Virus record (IMG/VR): IMGVR_UViG_2703719355_000022
Coordinates: 1 to 38,200 of that record
DNA from: a virus
Lineage: Duplodnaviria; Heunggongvirae; Uroviricota; Caudoviricetes
DNA length: 38,200 nucleotides
Strand: one strand, 5' to 3'
The notes beneath the pieces are model-generated. The model searched no databases, was not told where the DNA came from, and saw nothing but the letters and a program-made list of their open reading frames with translations. Shown piece after piece: positions 9,601 to 19,600 of the stretch (positions are counted from its first letter, which is position 1; each line of letters begins with the position of its first letter). The position numbers and the translations under genes were made by a program.

Positions 9601-10455
9601 GCTGGCGTTCGGATCACATGCACCGTTAGAGTGCAAATTCATCTGGCGAACTTGAGAACGTACTTTCAGGAATGAATCAACGTTAATGTTTTCAATTGGT
9701 ACTGATAAACCATATTTTTCATTTGTTAGGTAGTGGAAAATCTGGTCCACGCCGTTAGTGCTAGCCTCAATAGCATTGGTTTCAAGGTTACGAATCTTTA
9801 ATCCGCAAACGTCTACTGCTACCTGGCTATTTGGCTGGAGAATATCAACACCAGCAGCAAGAGATTTGTCATCACGACGTAACACAATACACATGGTTGC
9901 AATGCCGTTACCCTTGTAAGCATCGGTCCAGTCTGAGCCTAAATGAGTTTTTGCCAGTGACAATGCGGTGTTAGGATTCTTACCCGTGCGGAACTCGACT
10001 TCTAACACTTTACGGTATTCTTCTTTAATGTTGCCCTTATCGAGAATGCCATCACGGATCGTCATGTTTCGACCAATCAGCACGTTTTTATTATCGATGA
10101 ATAGTGCTTTGTAATGGTCAATTTCACCCTCGGCAATTGCGAAGATTTGCACTAACTTATTGTTTTCTTTCTTAGAAATTGCTTTGTAAACACAGATAGC
10201 ACCAGTTCGAGTAGTACCAAAAATAACTGGTAATACTGTTTTAGGATCGTTTGATGTTCCTAGTGTCACTGCGTTATCTGGGCTTTGTACCTTCGGTGTT
10301 TTCGGTGCGCCTACAGTGGAAGCAATCAAAGACAATGCACCAGCACCAATACCGATAGCAACAGCCGCTAATGTTGAAATTGCCGCCACGGAAGCAGCAG
10401 CCATCCCAGCCGACGCACCAGCAATAACCGCGCCGACCAATACTTCTACGCCCAT
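6673..10455 (-). CDS. tail tip central fiber / host specificity protein (lambda J-like), 1260 aa
   Basis: C-terminal ~150 aa match my recollection of lambda J (DDHKFDRQIVIPAVSFGG, VIDMPAGKGAVTLTFEV, ending GITVS); fibronectin-III-like central region; ATG overlaps the stop of the upstream gene. Confidence 0.85.
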   Translation of the reverse strand: MGVEVLVGAVIAGASAGMAAASVAAISTLAAVAIGIGAGALSLIASTVGAPKTPKVQSPDNAVTLGTSNDPKTVLPVIFGTTRTGAICVYKAISKKENNKLVQIFAIAEGEIDHYKALFIDNKNVLIGRNMTIRDGILDKGNIKEEYRKVLEVEFRTGKNPNTALSLAKTHLGSDWTDAYKGNGIATMCIVLRRDDKSLAAGVDILQPNSQVAVDVCGLKIRNLETNAIEASTNGVDQIFHYLTNEKYGLSVPIENINVDSFLKVRSQVRQMNLHSNGACDPNASFKENLTGLMQTFGGVMFESFGRITLKLDAPDIVKHTFNEDNIMMGKVNLKTGGTNGYFNTINAIYQEPSLDYSEQMLRYPADAENDATIRQDGRIIAKDVEYRFVKDENQIDKLASIERNKSRITQVINFTTTDAFSAEVWDVISVTHDELKLNNSLWRIISIERSIDSGIAGILSITATEYNSQIYTDLDYAAKPDNRPSGLPDSMTLQKPTNFRIKATGETIYGKNVTLTWDAPEDFNRYGFQIDYRVSGSPNWIKLGQTSQQIFNVNALAKDRSYDYRVCAFGIIARSDWVELINQNPTVTYELPTPVIRIKNQGSTPGTFEGNDLIIEWENQQQLDVEINGETNKFSDLFEAYIIKVTNKAGKSIQYRTRDPESWTYTLDMNQFNGLSRQLTVEVSAKGYNNSESAPARLVAINPQHKPMKGFSARGGFNSVFVSWADDVEHDYAGSIIQYATDNTFSDARAVSTNSVSHTSFDLADGDYYLRAAHYDIFGMDDAVWSEPYFMQMRSTISWDDQDKEALEDLIGLQDRLDETIADAIAQAGANADAKIDAMHKQITTETGKTVQASADTLKSLIATSEQASSTKIDQVKAELKGDIKSEVSASATTLKQAIATSEAASASKIDQVRVEMDGKIAGVNQEADVKIDALKGTINSKYNLAVNADGRVAGIHMSATNDPAQPTRIIFNADKIAVAPQNGSEVCPFGIEGNKVYLDNAMIRNAAIGTAQINDAAITTAKIGNAAINSAKIQDGAITNAKIVNGAIDNAKIGNYIQSSDWNGSTGWHINKNGSATFMNATVKGNITADSGTLNNVTINSSCVIKGMLEATQVKGDFVKVIGRKFPHRDVNVDNGYAGYPQGTVTVRVEDDHKFDRQIVIPAVSFGGLRAREGSNNNTYYDTCRLIVRKNGSELYNRAYGGNTGLYSGVIDMPAGKGAVTLTFEVQSSAINNWTPSTWISDLTVMVTKKATTGITVS

Positions 10456-10875
10456 AGATCACCCCCAAAGCGATAAGCATCGTTATAATCAATTTCGTAA
10501 ATCGGCTTGGTCGTCCAGATTCCATCTTCGGTAACGAGTCCATAGCCAGAATAATAAGGAGTCACGGAGTAATACTTACGGTTTCCTAATTTGTGATCGC
10601 GGATCAATAGGTCGCCGTCCTGTAAATCATCAGTAACTAATTTAAAATGTTCTTTGATAGGCTGGAGGATATTGGTATATCCGCTAAGTTCTTTACAGAC
10701 TTTCAAGCCTTCTTCTTTCGTTGAATATTTTTTATAAAGAGAATTATATAGGTCAGTGCCAGCGAGAATATCGATGATCTTACATGCAATTAAATTGCAA
10801 TCATTCTCGCCTTGAACGAACTCCTGACCTACTAATGAATTGATGTAATCAGTGATAAGCCTAGTTTTTAGCATG
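10446..10875 (-). CDS. tail tip assembly protein, NlpC/P60-like (lambda K-like), 143 aa
   Basis: Internal ATG at 10875 with GGAGG upstream (track N-terminus overlaps the neighbouring gene in another frame); Cys/His motifs ENDCNLIAC and GDLLIRDH; position in tail tip cluster. Confidence 0.45.
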
Positions 10876-10920
10876 TTGAATACCTCCATGCTGTTATTTA
10901 CTAGGCTTAGGGAGAAGGGA

Positions 10921-11574
10921 TTATTTCTTAGAAGAATGCCACTTGCTTTCCGCGTTCCAGCGACCCGCCCTTGAGAAGAATAGATCGTTCTCGTTTCCTG
11001 GGTATGAGCGATGAATACCATCAGAAGCATGACTACGAGCGTTTTTATCGAGAACTTCCCAGATACTATTAAGCTGGAACTCTGATTCGTTGGTACATTC
11101 TTTATCCTTGTAGTCAATAGAAATATTGATGTTATCGACTACACCACGGAAAACAGGGTAAGTGGTTTCAACCTTGCCCGTGTTGGGGTTCAAGAATACC
11201 ATTTCGATTTTCACATCTGATTTATCGAATTGCTTGTTTCGAATGAGAGTAATGTATTCTTCTCGAACGTTCGAAACGTTAACGGTGATCCCGTTGTTGT
11301 TGATTTCTTTTTCTTCGGAGTTGGAAGAAATATCAAGAAAGTCACCGCTAGCGAGATAGGTAAATCCGTTATAGTCTAAGTCAAAGTACCCATCTGTAAG
11401 CCGTAGAACGTCCCCTGACGCGGTAATCACTTCGATAATGTGAAACATCGATCCGGTGGAAAAAAGCTGCGGTAGCGTCAATCTGGTAACTTCCTGCCCC
11501 GTCTGGTCGTTGTATACCTCGATAAAGTCAATATTGGTACAGAGTTTATTAAATGCGTCTTGAATAGTAGCCAT
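10921..11574 (-). CDS. minor tail protein (lambda L-like position), 217 aa
   Basis: Translationally coupled to upstream gene (TAATG overlap at 11574); position between M-like and K-like genes. Confidence 0.45.
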   Translation of the reverse strand: MATIQDAFNKLCTNIDFIEVYNDQTGQEVTRLTLPQLFSTGSMFHIIEVITASGDVLRLTDGYFDLDYNGFTYLASGDFLDISSNSEEKEINNNGITVNVSNVREEYITLIRNKQFDKSDVKIEMVFLNPNTGKVETTYPVFRGVVDNINISIDYKDKECTNESEFQLNSIWEVLDKNARSHASDGIHRSYPGNENDLFFSRAGRWNAESKWHSSKK

Positions 11575-12170
11575 TATACATTCTCCACTAATTCAAATTT
11601 CATCTTGCCAATCTGGGCGATGTTCCAATCGATGTTTTCAGTAGTGAGAAGAAATTCACCTTCAACGTTCTGATACTTGATCACCTCACCCGCTAGGACG
11701 TTCTGACGCAAGTTAGGGAAGAGTTTCATTTCACCACCTGATTTCACGTCTTCGGTGATCGTGTAGATTTTCTTGTGGTTCTCAAACTGGATGATAGTTC
11801 CCGCTTTCAGTGTTCCGGTGAAGTTGGAGAGTCTCACCTTACGCCCACCGCGAGCAGTACCAGCAGCAGCCGTAACCATCTGGCGTACATCACCTGTATA
11901 TTTTGAAAAGTAAGACAGCGGAACAGTGAACGGACGACCAAAAAGGTGACGTGCTACAAATTCTTTTACTTCGTTAATATCCTGAGCCATGAAATTAGCT
12001 GTAAATTCTGCTTCATAGTAATGAATACCAGTAAAGCGACGCTGGAACTTACCAGAAATGGATTGCGCCTTGAAGAAAGGTTGTTTTGATTTAAGAGTAA
12101 AATCTGTGATTTTAATATTCTTGGATTTGAACATAGAAAAAGCCCCCATAGTTTTATGATTATTTATCAC
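11574..12170 (-). CDS. minor tail protein (distal tail, lambda M-like position), 198 aa
   Basis: First gene after the tape measure gene; size and position only. Confidence 0.4.
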   Translation of the reverse strand: MINNHKTMGAFSMFKSKNIKITDFTLKSKQPFFKAQSISGKFQRRFTGIHYYEAEFTANFMAQDINEVKEFVARHLFGRPFTVPLSYFSKYTGDVRQMVTAAAGTARGGRKVRLSNFTGTLKAGTIIQFENHKKIYTITEDVKSGGEMKLFPNLRQNVLAGEVIKYQNVEGEFLLTTENIDWNIAQIGKMKFELVENV

Positions 12171-12185
12171 TATGGGGGCTTTTAA

Positions 12186-14705
12186 TTACATTCTACGACG
12201 CTGGGCGTCTTCTACTGCTTGGGCAACAAGTTTCGGATGGCGTTTAATCGCTTCCATTACCATTGCATCAGAGCTATTAACGTTACCGCTAATTTGCAAA
12301 GGAGCATGTACCTCAATCGGCTGAGAGTTACCAGTGTTACCGGATTTCTGGTTAGCTAAGAAGTCTTTCAGATCGCCGTTAGTACGATCATCAACAACTC
12401 GTTCCCCTTTCTGTAACAGCCATGTACCCTCACGCGGGATGTTATCAATACCGTCATGCGCCATACCGTCAACAGAGATTGATTTCATCTGCGCAACACG
12501 AGCGATTGCAGAAGCATAGCTAGCAGCACCCATCGCAACACCCAACGGTCCAGGATACTTAGCCATAGCCTTAGTTGCGGCTTCGTGTGCGTTCATCATA
12601 CCCATTGCGATAGAAACGCCTTTCTGTGCTGCAAATAGTCCCTTAGTAACAGCGTTATTCTCTAAGCCAAATGCTTGTAACGCCTCACCAAATCCACCGA
12701 ACATATCCTGTGTATCTTGCAAGCGCATGTTATTGTATTTTAAGTCAATTTCACGCATTTTCTTTTGATGCGCTTCATTGAGTGCTTGCAGTGCTTTAAA
12801 TTGTTCAGCTTGAGGCAGTTTATCAATGTTGGCTTTATGGGTAGCGTAATCAGCATTAGCATTATCAACATCAACGGCTTTCATCTCGTCAATAGTCTGA
12901 TCACGTTCACCGAAGGAGTTAGCTAGACCACGAGATTTGATTTCTTGTAGTCCATCGGTCGCACCAGTACGGCCTTTGTAAGCATCTTCAATACGCTGTT
13001 TTTCTGCCAGATAATCCGCTAATTTGATGTTTTTATTCTGGTAGTTTTCTTCCAGATCTTTAAGGCTTTGTTCATAAACCTGTTTAGAAGCAGCCAACAT
13101 TTGCAGGGCTTCCATTGGATTTGCACCTAATACAGATTTACGGAAGTTTTCCGCGTTAGCATTAATTAGCTGGCGTCGTTTCTCTTCGTATTGTTCTTGC
13201 GTGATAATACCCTGTTTAAGAGCGTTATCTAACTTAGCAAGGTTTTCGGTAATCTGACGGTTAGAAGACGCCACAGCAGCTTGTGACGAGCTATACAAAG
13301 AGATATTGATGGCCTTCAAATCATTGTAGGCTTTTTCTCTTAATTTTTTGGCTTCGTCTGCGGCTTTCTTCGCTGCATCTTTAGCTTTCTTGGTTTCTGG
13401 ACAATCTGCGGCTGAATGCGCACCTTGCTTACATACAGGGCAAAGAGATTGAACACGGCGTTTATTCTCTTCTTCCTGTTTCTTTTTCAGTTCATCGGCT
13501 TGTGTTTGCAGTTCAGCAGCTTTGCGTTTGCGTTCTTGTTCTGCTAGATCTTCGAAGCTGGTTGCAGCACCGTTACTAACACCGCTTGCGATGGCTTCCT
13601 CTACCGCATCACCTAATCCTTGAGCGCCTTTCTTGATGTTATCGGTAGTCAATGCTGGGATTTCAAAATCAAGAAAATCGGCATCAGCACCAAACCAGCC
13701 AGCAATAGTTTTACCACCCTTGCGGATCGCATTCTGTACTTTAGCGATAATCTCGGCTAGTTTGTTGTACAGATTAATCATTGTTTCCTGTACAGTTTTA
13801 ACCGTCTTGATTATCGGGTTAATTGCTGTAAGTAGAGCATCCTTAGCTTTCTGGAATAACGGCGGGAGATTTTCGGTCACAAACTTACTAATAGCTTTCA
13901 TACTCAAATAGAAAGTAGTATTAGTAAAATCCTTGTTGAAATAATCATAGATTAAGTTGAATCCTTTCGGGAGGAACGAAAATACATCCGCGAAAGCACC
14001 CATTACCGTTTTACCTAAAGCGGTCAAATTAGAACTTGCGTTTGAATACGCGGTCGCTGTTTCTTCTGAGACATAAGCGGCTTGTTGTTGGAGCTTAACT
14101 TGATGTTCCCAATAGTCGTTTGATTCAGACAAAGCACCGATCATCTTACTGGAATCAGAAGCAATTCGTTCCATACCCGCGATAATTTCAGAATGGCTTA
14201 GTCCTGCGGCTTTAGCTTGGTAATACCACATTTCAGCAGCTTTGCGACCGCCTTCTGGATCATCGGTAAAGGCTGCATAATCCTTGATATCGCCTTTGAT
14301 CATTTTAAGCGCGGCTTGAAATTCCCCTGTGCCGTCTCGCCATGCTTCACCTAGTTTCTCGGCTGCATCCTTGTTAATATCAAGAACTTTTTCAGCATTC
14401 AGACCAAAGCCACTATAGACTTTTTCCATCTTCTGAATTTGTTCGATATTAACGCCAAATTCTTTCGACATATTGGCATATTCGATAGCCATTTTTGCGC
14501 CACCAGCAGCAAGGGCAGTAAGAGCACCCAAAGCAGCACCAGCAGCCATCCCCAATGGACCCAGCTTACCTAACAATCCACTGATAGAGCCAGTTAAATT
14601 ACCGACACCACCGGAGGCAAGACCATCAAGAATACCACTTGCTTTATCTGCGGCAGATTCAAGACCACCAGTAACGCCAGTAATATCAAATCTTAATTCT
14701 GACAT
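12186..14705 (-). CDS. tail tape measure protein, 839 aa
   Basis: Long Ala/Gly/Gln/Lys-rich predicted coiled-coil protein between chaperone-like and minor tail genes; AAGAGGT ribosome-binding motif. Confidence 0.85.
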   Translation of the reverse strand: MSELRFDITGVTGGLESAADKASGILDGLASGGVGNLTGSISGLLGKLGPLGMAAGAALGALTALAAGGAKMAIEYANMSKEFGVNIEQIQKMEKVYSGFGLNAEKVLDINKDAAEKLGEAWRDGTGEFQAALKMIKGDIKDYAAFTDDPEGGRKAAEMWYYQAKAAGLSHSEIIAGMERIASDSSKMIGALSESNDYWEHQVKLQQQAAYVSEETATAYSNASSNLTALGKTVMGAFADVFSFLPKGFNLIYDYFNKDFTNTTFYLSMKAISKFVTENLPPLFQKAKDALLTAINPIIKTVKTVQETMINLYNKLAEIIAKVQNAIRKGGKTIAGWFGADADFLDFEIPALTTDNIKKGAQGLGDAVEEAIASGVSNGAATSFEDLAEQERKRKAAELQTQADELKKKQEEENKRRVQSLCPVCKQGAHSAADCPETKKAKDAAKKAADEAKKLREKAYNDLKAINISLYSSSQAAVASSNRQITENLAKLDNALKQGIITQEQYEEKRRQLINANAENFRKSVLGANPMEALQMLAASKQVYEQSLKDLEENYQNKNIKLADYLAEKQRIEDAYKGRTGATDGLQEIKSRGLANSFGERDQTIDEMKAVDVDNANADYATHKANIDKLPQAEQFKALQALNEAHQKKMREIDLKYNNMRLQDTQDMFGGFGEALQAFGLENNAVTKGLFAAQKGVSIAMGMMNAHEAATKAMAKYPGPLGVAMGAASYASAIARVAQMKSISVDGMAHDGIDNIPREGTWLLQKGERVVDDRTNGDLKDFLANQKSGNTGNSQPIEVHAPLQISGNVNSSDAMVMEAIKRHPKLVAQAVEDAQRRRM

Positions 14706-14728
14706 ATTAACCTCTTATTCTTATTATA

Positions 14729-14760
14729 TAAAAAAGCCCCACCGATAAAGGCAGGGCTTA
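14729..14760 (-). terminator. rho-independent terminator (family AAGCCCTGCC-loop-GGTGGGGCTTTTT) upstream of the tape measure gene
   Basis: 9-bp stem with two G-T wobbles, 6-nt loop, T-run on minus strand; one of four near-identical copies. Confidence 0.6.
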
Positions 14761-14768
14761 TAATTCAA

Positions 14769-15116
14769 TTAATCTGCGGTCGCCCTTAACTTATTGACTA
14801 ACGCCGGATCAAACATGCTCAACATTGCAGCTTTGCGATCTTCTTCTTTCTTACGCTCGATTTCTTCCAGTTCTTCTTTAGTCTTGAAGATTTTCTCTTC
14901 TTTGATTAACTGGAATTGGCTAGGCTTAATTTTCTTAGCCATTTCTTTGGTCATTCCCTGAGAAGTCATATAAAGGGAATATTGAAGCATAGCGTTTTGC
15001 ATGTCATGAAATGCGGGGGATTGTGGTTCTAAGTAAGTGTCGAAAATATGCAGTGACCAAAAAAGTGTTACTGGCATATTATCCATTTCATCTTTACTCA
15101 ATCCACGCCGCATCAT
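14769..15116 (-). CDS. hypothetical protein, possibly tail assembly chaperone partner (lambda T-like position), 115 aa
   Basis: Lies in the -1 frame relative to the upstream chaperone-like gene, starts 30 nt after its stop, no ribosome-binding motif; Lys/Glu-rich. Confidence 0.35.
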   Translation of the reverse strand: MMRRGLSKDEMDNMPVTLFWSLHIFDTYLEPQSPAFHDMQNAMLQYSLYMTSQGMTKEMAKKIKPSQFQLIKEEKIFKTKEELEEIERKKEEDRKAAMLSMFDPALVNKLRATAD

Positions 15117-15145
15117 CTGGCGGAAGTAGAAAGTTAAGAGCGGGT

Positions 15146-15454
15146 TTACTTTACCGATTCTTCTACCTTACTCGGTTCCGGCATCATAGAAGCCAGAGCA
15201 ACCAGACCGATCAATTGTGCTTTAACAGTTGTGTAAAGGGCTTTAACTTGTTTAATATTAGTGAAAACTGGTTTACCGCTTTCATCTTCGATACATTTCA
15301 GAATAGTACGTTCGTCGCGGTCTTCTTTATTGTTATTCTGAATGTGCTCGTTAAATTCCTGTACGCTCATCGGACGGGCATAAAATTTAAAGCCGTTGAT
15401 TTCCATTGCTTCGCGTTTCGGGGAAAGAGCTTTCATTAAATCGTTGATATTCAT
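15146..15454 (-). CDS. putative tail assembly chaperone (lambda G-like position), 102 aa
   Basis: Small acidic protein immediately upstream of the T-like ORF and tape measure gene; position-based. Confidence 0.4.
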   Translation of the reverse strand: MNINDLMKALSPKREAMEINGFKFYARPMSVQEFNEHIQNNNKEDRDERTILKCIEDESGKPVFTNIKQVKALYTTVKAQLIGLVALASMMPEPSKVEESVK

Positions 15455-15488
15455 TTTTGTTTCCTCATTAACAATGATTACGATATAT

Positions 15489-15995
15489 TTATGTGATCTT
15501 TAAAGTCTGCTTAGTGCCAGTCTTCTTAATGTTGGTAAGGAAAGCAGCCGGAGGATTGCTTAACCAATAGTAATGAAAACCACTTTGCATACTGTTATAA
15601 GGAACAGTGACAGTAGCACCACCCAAATTAACGGTTATATTCCCCGCTCTACCGTTCTGGAGATATACAGCCATAGTAGGAGTACCGCCATTGAATTGAC
15701 CAACGATAACGCCAATCAGACGCCCTACGCCCACGTTTTCGGGGTTCTCCATAGATCCTTTACCGCGCATGTCAGTTACTGGATAGTTTGAAGCAGTCAC
15801 ACCCCAGTTATTACCCAATGAAGTAGACCACGCAGCAGTAGCTACAACCGTATCCATACCACGACCACACATCGCACTCATGTTAGCTGGGCGACTAACC
15901 TTTAATGCGTTCATTGCTGCGCTCATCCATCGTTGACCAGTTACAGAAACAGCAGATGACCCGACCCAGCCAGGCTTATTAACGACATTCGCCAT
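15489..15995 (-). CDS. hypothetical tail-module protein, 168 aa
   Basis: ORF with GGAGTAA ribosome-binding motif directly after a terminator; Gly/Ala/Ser-rich; function unknown. Confidence 0.4.
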   Translation of the reverse strand: MANVVNKPGWVGSSAVSVTGQRWMSAAMNALKVSRPANMSAMCGRGMDTVVATAAWSTSLGNNWGVTASNYPVTDMRGKGSMENPENVGVGRLIGVIVGQFNGGTPTMAVYLQNGRAGNITVNLGGATVTVPYNSMQSGFHYYWLSNPPAAFLTNIKKTGTKQTLKIT

Positions 15996-16009
15996 TTTGA
16001 TTACTCCAA

Positions 16010-16040
16010 TAAAAAAGCCCCACCATTAAGGCAGGGCTTA
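16010..16040 (-). terminator. rho-independent terminator (same family) after the tail tube gene and its extension
   Basis: AAGCCCTGCC-TTAATG-GTGGGGCTTTTTT on minus strand. Confidence 0.65.
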
Positions 16041-16043
16041 TAA

Positions 16044-16163
16044 TTAATCTTTAGCCTTGCGGCTTCGTTTAGCTGTGGCTTTCGCCGTAACTTCTTCTAC
16101 TTCTGGAATCACCACCGCTTCATGTTCCGGCTGTGGTTCCGGTTCGGGAAGTTCTTCGTTAGT
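16044..16163 (-). other. in-frame stop-free extension (39 codons) after the TGA of the tail tube gene; candidate readthrough domain
   Basis: Hand translation after TGA gives TNEELPEPEPQPEHEAVVIPEVEEVTAKATAKRSRKAKD then TAA at 16044-16046; shares 23-nt block with capsid extension. Confidence 0.45.
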
Positions 16164-16637
16164 TCATCCGGCAGTGAAGATTTGCTGTTTCAGCGGAGCA
16201 CCATCCACCGCGAAGGTAAACTCTTTGGTCACAACTTCTTCATCGCCACCGTTCATAGCAACTTTAGAAATGAAGCCGTTGAAAGCGGTGCGAATACCAG
16301 TCTGTTTTGCTGCGTCAACGTAATATTCTACTTTAATCTGAATACGAGTACCGTCTTCGGCAGCTTTGATCAGTTTTTCATGTACCGCATCGCCTGGGAT
16401 GTAGTTAACGGTCAGAGTCAGATCAGGAACGTTCAGCTTCCCTACCAGTTTACGGTTATACTGAGAAGAGAAGGATTTAACTTCTACAGTACCGCGCTCG
16501 ATACCAGTTTCAGGAAAACCAGCACACTCTTTAATTTCTTCGTATGCTTCATCAGCAAGATCGGTGTTAGTGGTATCAGCGTGATAGAACAGACTTACCA
16601 GACCACCAGTAAAAATATCTTTAAATTGTTGAGACAT
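16164..16637 (-). CDS. major tail tube protein candidate, 157 aa
   Basis: AAGGGG ribosome-binding motif; followed by a strong terminator as expected for an abundant structural gene; loose by-eye pattern similarity to the lambda V tube domain; ends in TGA. Confidence 0.45.
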   Translation of the reverse strand: MSQQFKDIFTGGLVSLFYHADTTNTDLADEAYEEIKECAGFPETGIERGTVEVKSFSSQYNRKLVGKLNVPDLTLTVNYIPGDAVHEKLIKAAEDGTRIQIKVEYYVDAAKQTGIRTAFNGFISKVAMNGGDEEVVTKEFTFAVDGAPLKQQIFTAG

Positions 16638-16693
16638 AGAATTACCCCTTAATTAAAATTGTTATTACGGGGGAACTAGTCCCCCGACTTTTA

Positions 16694-19600
16694 TTATTTA
16701 GTTGCTTTGAGTTCGGCAATCTCTTTAGTCAATGCTTCAATCTTAGCTTGATATTTGACGTCCATTTCCTGAATAGCTTTAATAATCAAGGCATTAACAG
16801 CAGAGTTAGAAATAGTCTTAATTGCTTCTGGATTTTCTGGATCTTCGGTGGATTGAATACCTACTGCTTCCGGCAATACTTCTTCCAGATCCTGAGCAAT
16901 AATACCGACTTCGCGTTTAATCACACTACGATCTTTAAGAGACTTAACTTTATCGTATGAGTAGACTTTCAGGGAGTTTACTTTCTCTAAAGCATCATCT
17001 TTTAATTCTTCCAGATTAACTTTCAGACGACGGTCCGAACGAATGTAAACATCGTTAAAGCTACCGTTACGACCTGCGGTAAAGTCACCAGCAGCGTTAA
17101 AGTCAAAGTTAGTATCATGAACATGGAGACGCACAAGAGCGTTACCGATAGTACCGCTAGGAACATGTACACCCATTGCTGCGATATGATATTTACCTTG
17201 ATGGGTTGCTTTCCATACGTTATGAGCGGAATCGGTTGATTGTTGACAGTCGACCTGAATACCAGAAGCACGATCACGCCAGCTAGCCCAACTACCACCA
17301 GCAACGCTACCACGAATAAGACCATTACCGCCACCGGATACAGTGCCCGTTTCAAGGTGAATCATCTTACCGCCGAATTTCCAGACTTCGGTTTGTTTCT
17401 CACCGCGCATACGCATAACGCCAGCATCATCGCAGTACAACAGACCCAATTCTAAGCCATTTGGATCTCTAAACCACAAATGCTTATTGCCACTGCGACG
17501 AAACTCAATATCAGCACCGTTAAGCGTGATATTACCGCCAGTGTGAATTGCTTTAGGTTTAACAGTACCGTTGATGGCAAACTCGATTAATTCAGTACCC
17601 GGACCGCCCGGTCGTTGTGTGTACCAGTGCCAACCGCTTTCGTCCGCACATTCGAATACTTGTTTACGAGCATCAGCACCCCACGCACGGATATTAAAGC
17701 TAGAAGTAGCTGTATTTTTGCCCCACGTTAATTTTCCTTCGGTAGTTAAATCCCCTCGGAAATGAGCAAGCAAACCACCAGATCCGTTACGTTCAGTGGT
17801 AAAGTGAGTTCCGCTAGTGTCCTGGAATTGCAAAACGTTATATCGGTTAGCGTTACTATTCCCCCAATGGTTAATCGTGAAAGAATCCATTGACTGATTC
17901 CCACCAGCAGAGAAAGTAAGCAATCCTTTTTCTAAGAATACGTTATTACTAAAGCGAGCAGCACGGCTATCTCTTTCAAGAATTAATGCACCTTCGTTAC
18001 CATCACCACCTAAAGTAACTTTACCATTTGTCAAATCGTAAATGAATGGTCGGTTTCCGTTCCACCCGCCCAATTTATCATTTTCGGCAGTAGAAAGAAG
18101 ATAAACTTTAGTGCCGTCATTACGCCAGAATGCACCATAATTACCGTAGATCATGCGGTAGGCGTCGCTATTCATTGAGATGAATTGAGCGTTAGTATAA
18201 ACTCGTTTTGTTCTACCAGTTGCAAGTTCGATCTGTCCGTCGATGTGGTGACGAATAGAAGTACCACCTACATCACTATACCATTCAAAAACGTTAGTAT
18301 CAGCATTACCATAACCGATCCACCCTTGACGGGTAATATCTCCAGTCCGATTATCTTGAAACGCAATATGGTTGGATTGACCAGCAGGACGCCGCAAGGT
18401 AATAACATTACTACCGCCACCTAACATCATTCGACCAGAAAGAATATTACCTTTATGAGTCCCAGCAATAGAGCTACTAGATTCAACGGTTAGAATCTCC
18501 TGAGCATCAGTGCTACCAGTAGCCAGACGATAACTGGAACCTTGAACCGTCTCATGCCAGATCATTTCATTATAGTTACTGCGGAATTTACGAATATATT
18601 TCCGACCAGTACCTTTATCATTACTTAGATGAACAATGTCATAGCTGTTTTGTGTGTTGTCGTCAAAACTCAACACACCACGTTTATTTTCTGTGTTAAA
18701 AAGAGTTACGTTGCGACCACCGATAACACCAACGGAAGGTTTAATTAACGTGGCTTCCGGCGTATCATAAACCGTCAAACTTACATAAACAGATTTCCCA
18801 TATTCGACAATAACGTTATCGGTATAACGCTGATATTTCACGTAGATATCATAGTTATCACCGGAAGTATTGACAGCAAATACCTCAAAATCTTTGTTTG
18901 TATTTCTACGGTATGCAATTACGTTAAGACCTTTAGGTCTATCGTTACCACTACGGAGAAGAATTTCTACTACATCAACTTGGTCATATGCCGTAACGTT
19001 GTAACCATTACCACCATGAATACGGAAAAACACACTACGCCCGTTTTGTGGAATTGTTGCGGTTGCCAATTTGAAATATGCAGATACGTTTTCGCTAGAA
19101 TTGGGAACAGACATAACGACGTTTTTAACAAACATCTTATCAACTTCGGCTTTGGTGTATGCACCAATCTCGCCAGGAGTCGGCTTATCACCTTCGTGAT
19201 ACATTTTATAGCTAAAGTCCTTCTGTCCTTCTCTATCAAAACCATAGGTTTCAACACGAGATCCACCAGACGCATAACGGAAAGTAAATCCGCGACCGTG
19301 CGCTTTACCGGCAGAATGAGGAACATTAAGAGTTAGATCTAAAAGACCATCTTGTTCATTAGTTCGGAAAGCACCAAAGTAATTAAGATCTCGTGATGTC
19401 TGGTCTTCCAGATAGTTAGCTGTCTTGCTTAACAGATACCCACCATGCTTAGTATTGGTATTCTTCTTGATGTAAAGAGCATCGTTGCTACCTTCAATAC
19501 CATCAATTCGACGGTTAGCGGCTGCAATCGCTGAATCAGTAGCTGATTTATTCTGGTCAACCTTGTTGTTAATGGCGGTGTGGTTGCTATTAACAGTGTT

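Noticed and set aside
10274-10543. Overlapping small ORFs on both strands at the K-like/J-like junction
   Set aside because: Entirely within or antisense to the tip genes, which have proper ribosome-binding sites and translational coupling; Cys/Trp-rich improbable composition.
14769-15180. Programmed -1 frameshift joining the G-like and T-like chaperone ORFs as in lambda G-T
   Set aside because: The T-like frame is -1 relative to the G-like frame and opens only 8 codons before the G-like stop, but that window has no canonical X-XXY-YYZ slippery heptamer; termination-reinitiation or separate translation is equally plausible.
16057-16323. Plus-strand ORF (88 aa) overlapping the tail tube extension, and its analogue 22022-22306 over the capsid extension
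   Set aside because: Both are antisense to the late operon, start with non-ATG codons inside the conserved 23-nt block and translate to Ser/Gly-rich low-complexity sequence (the mirror image of a Pro/Glu-rich sense frame).
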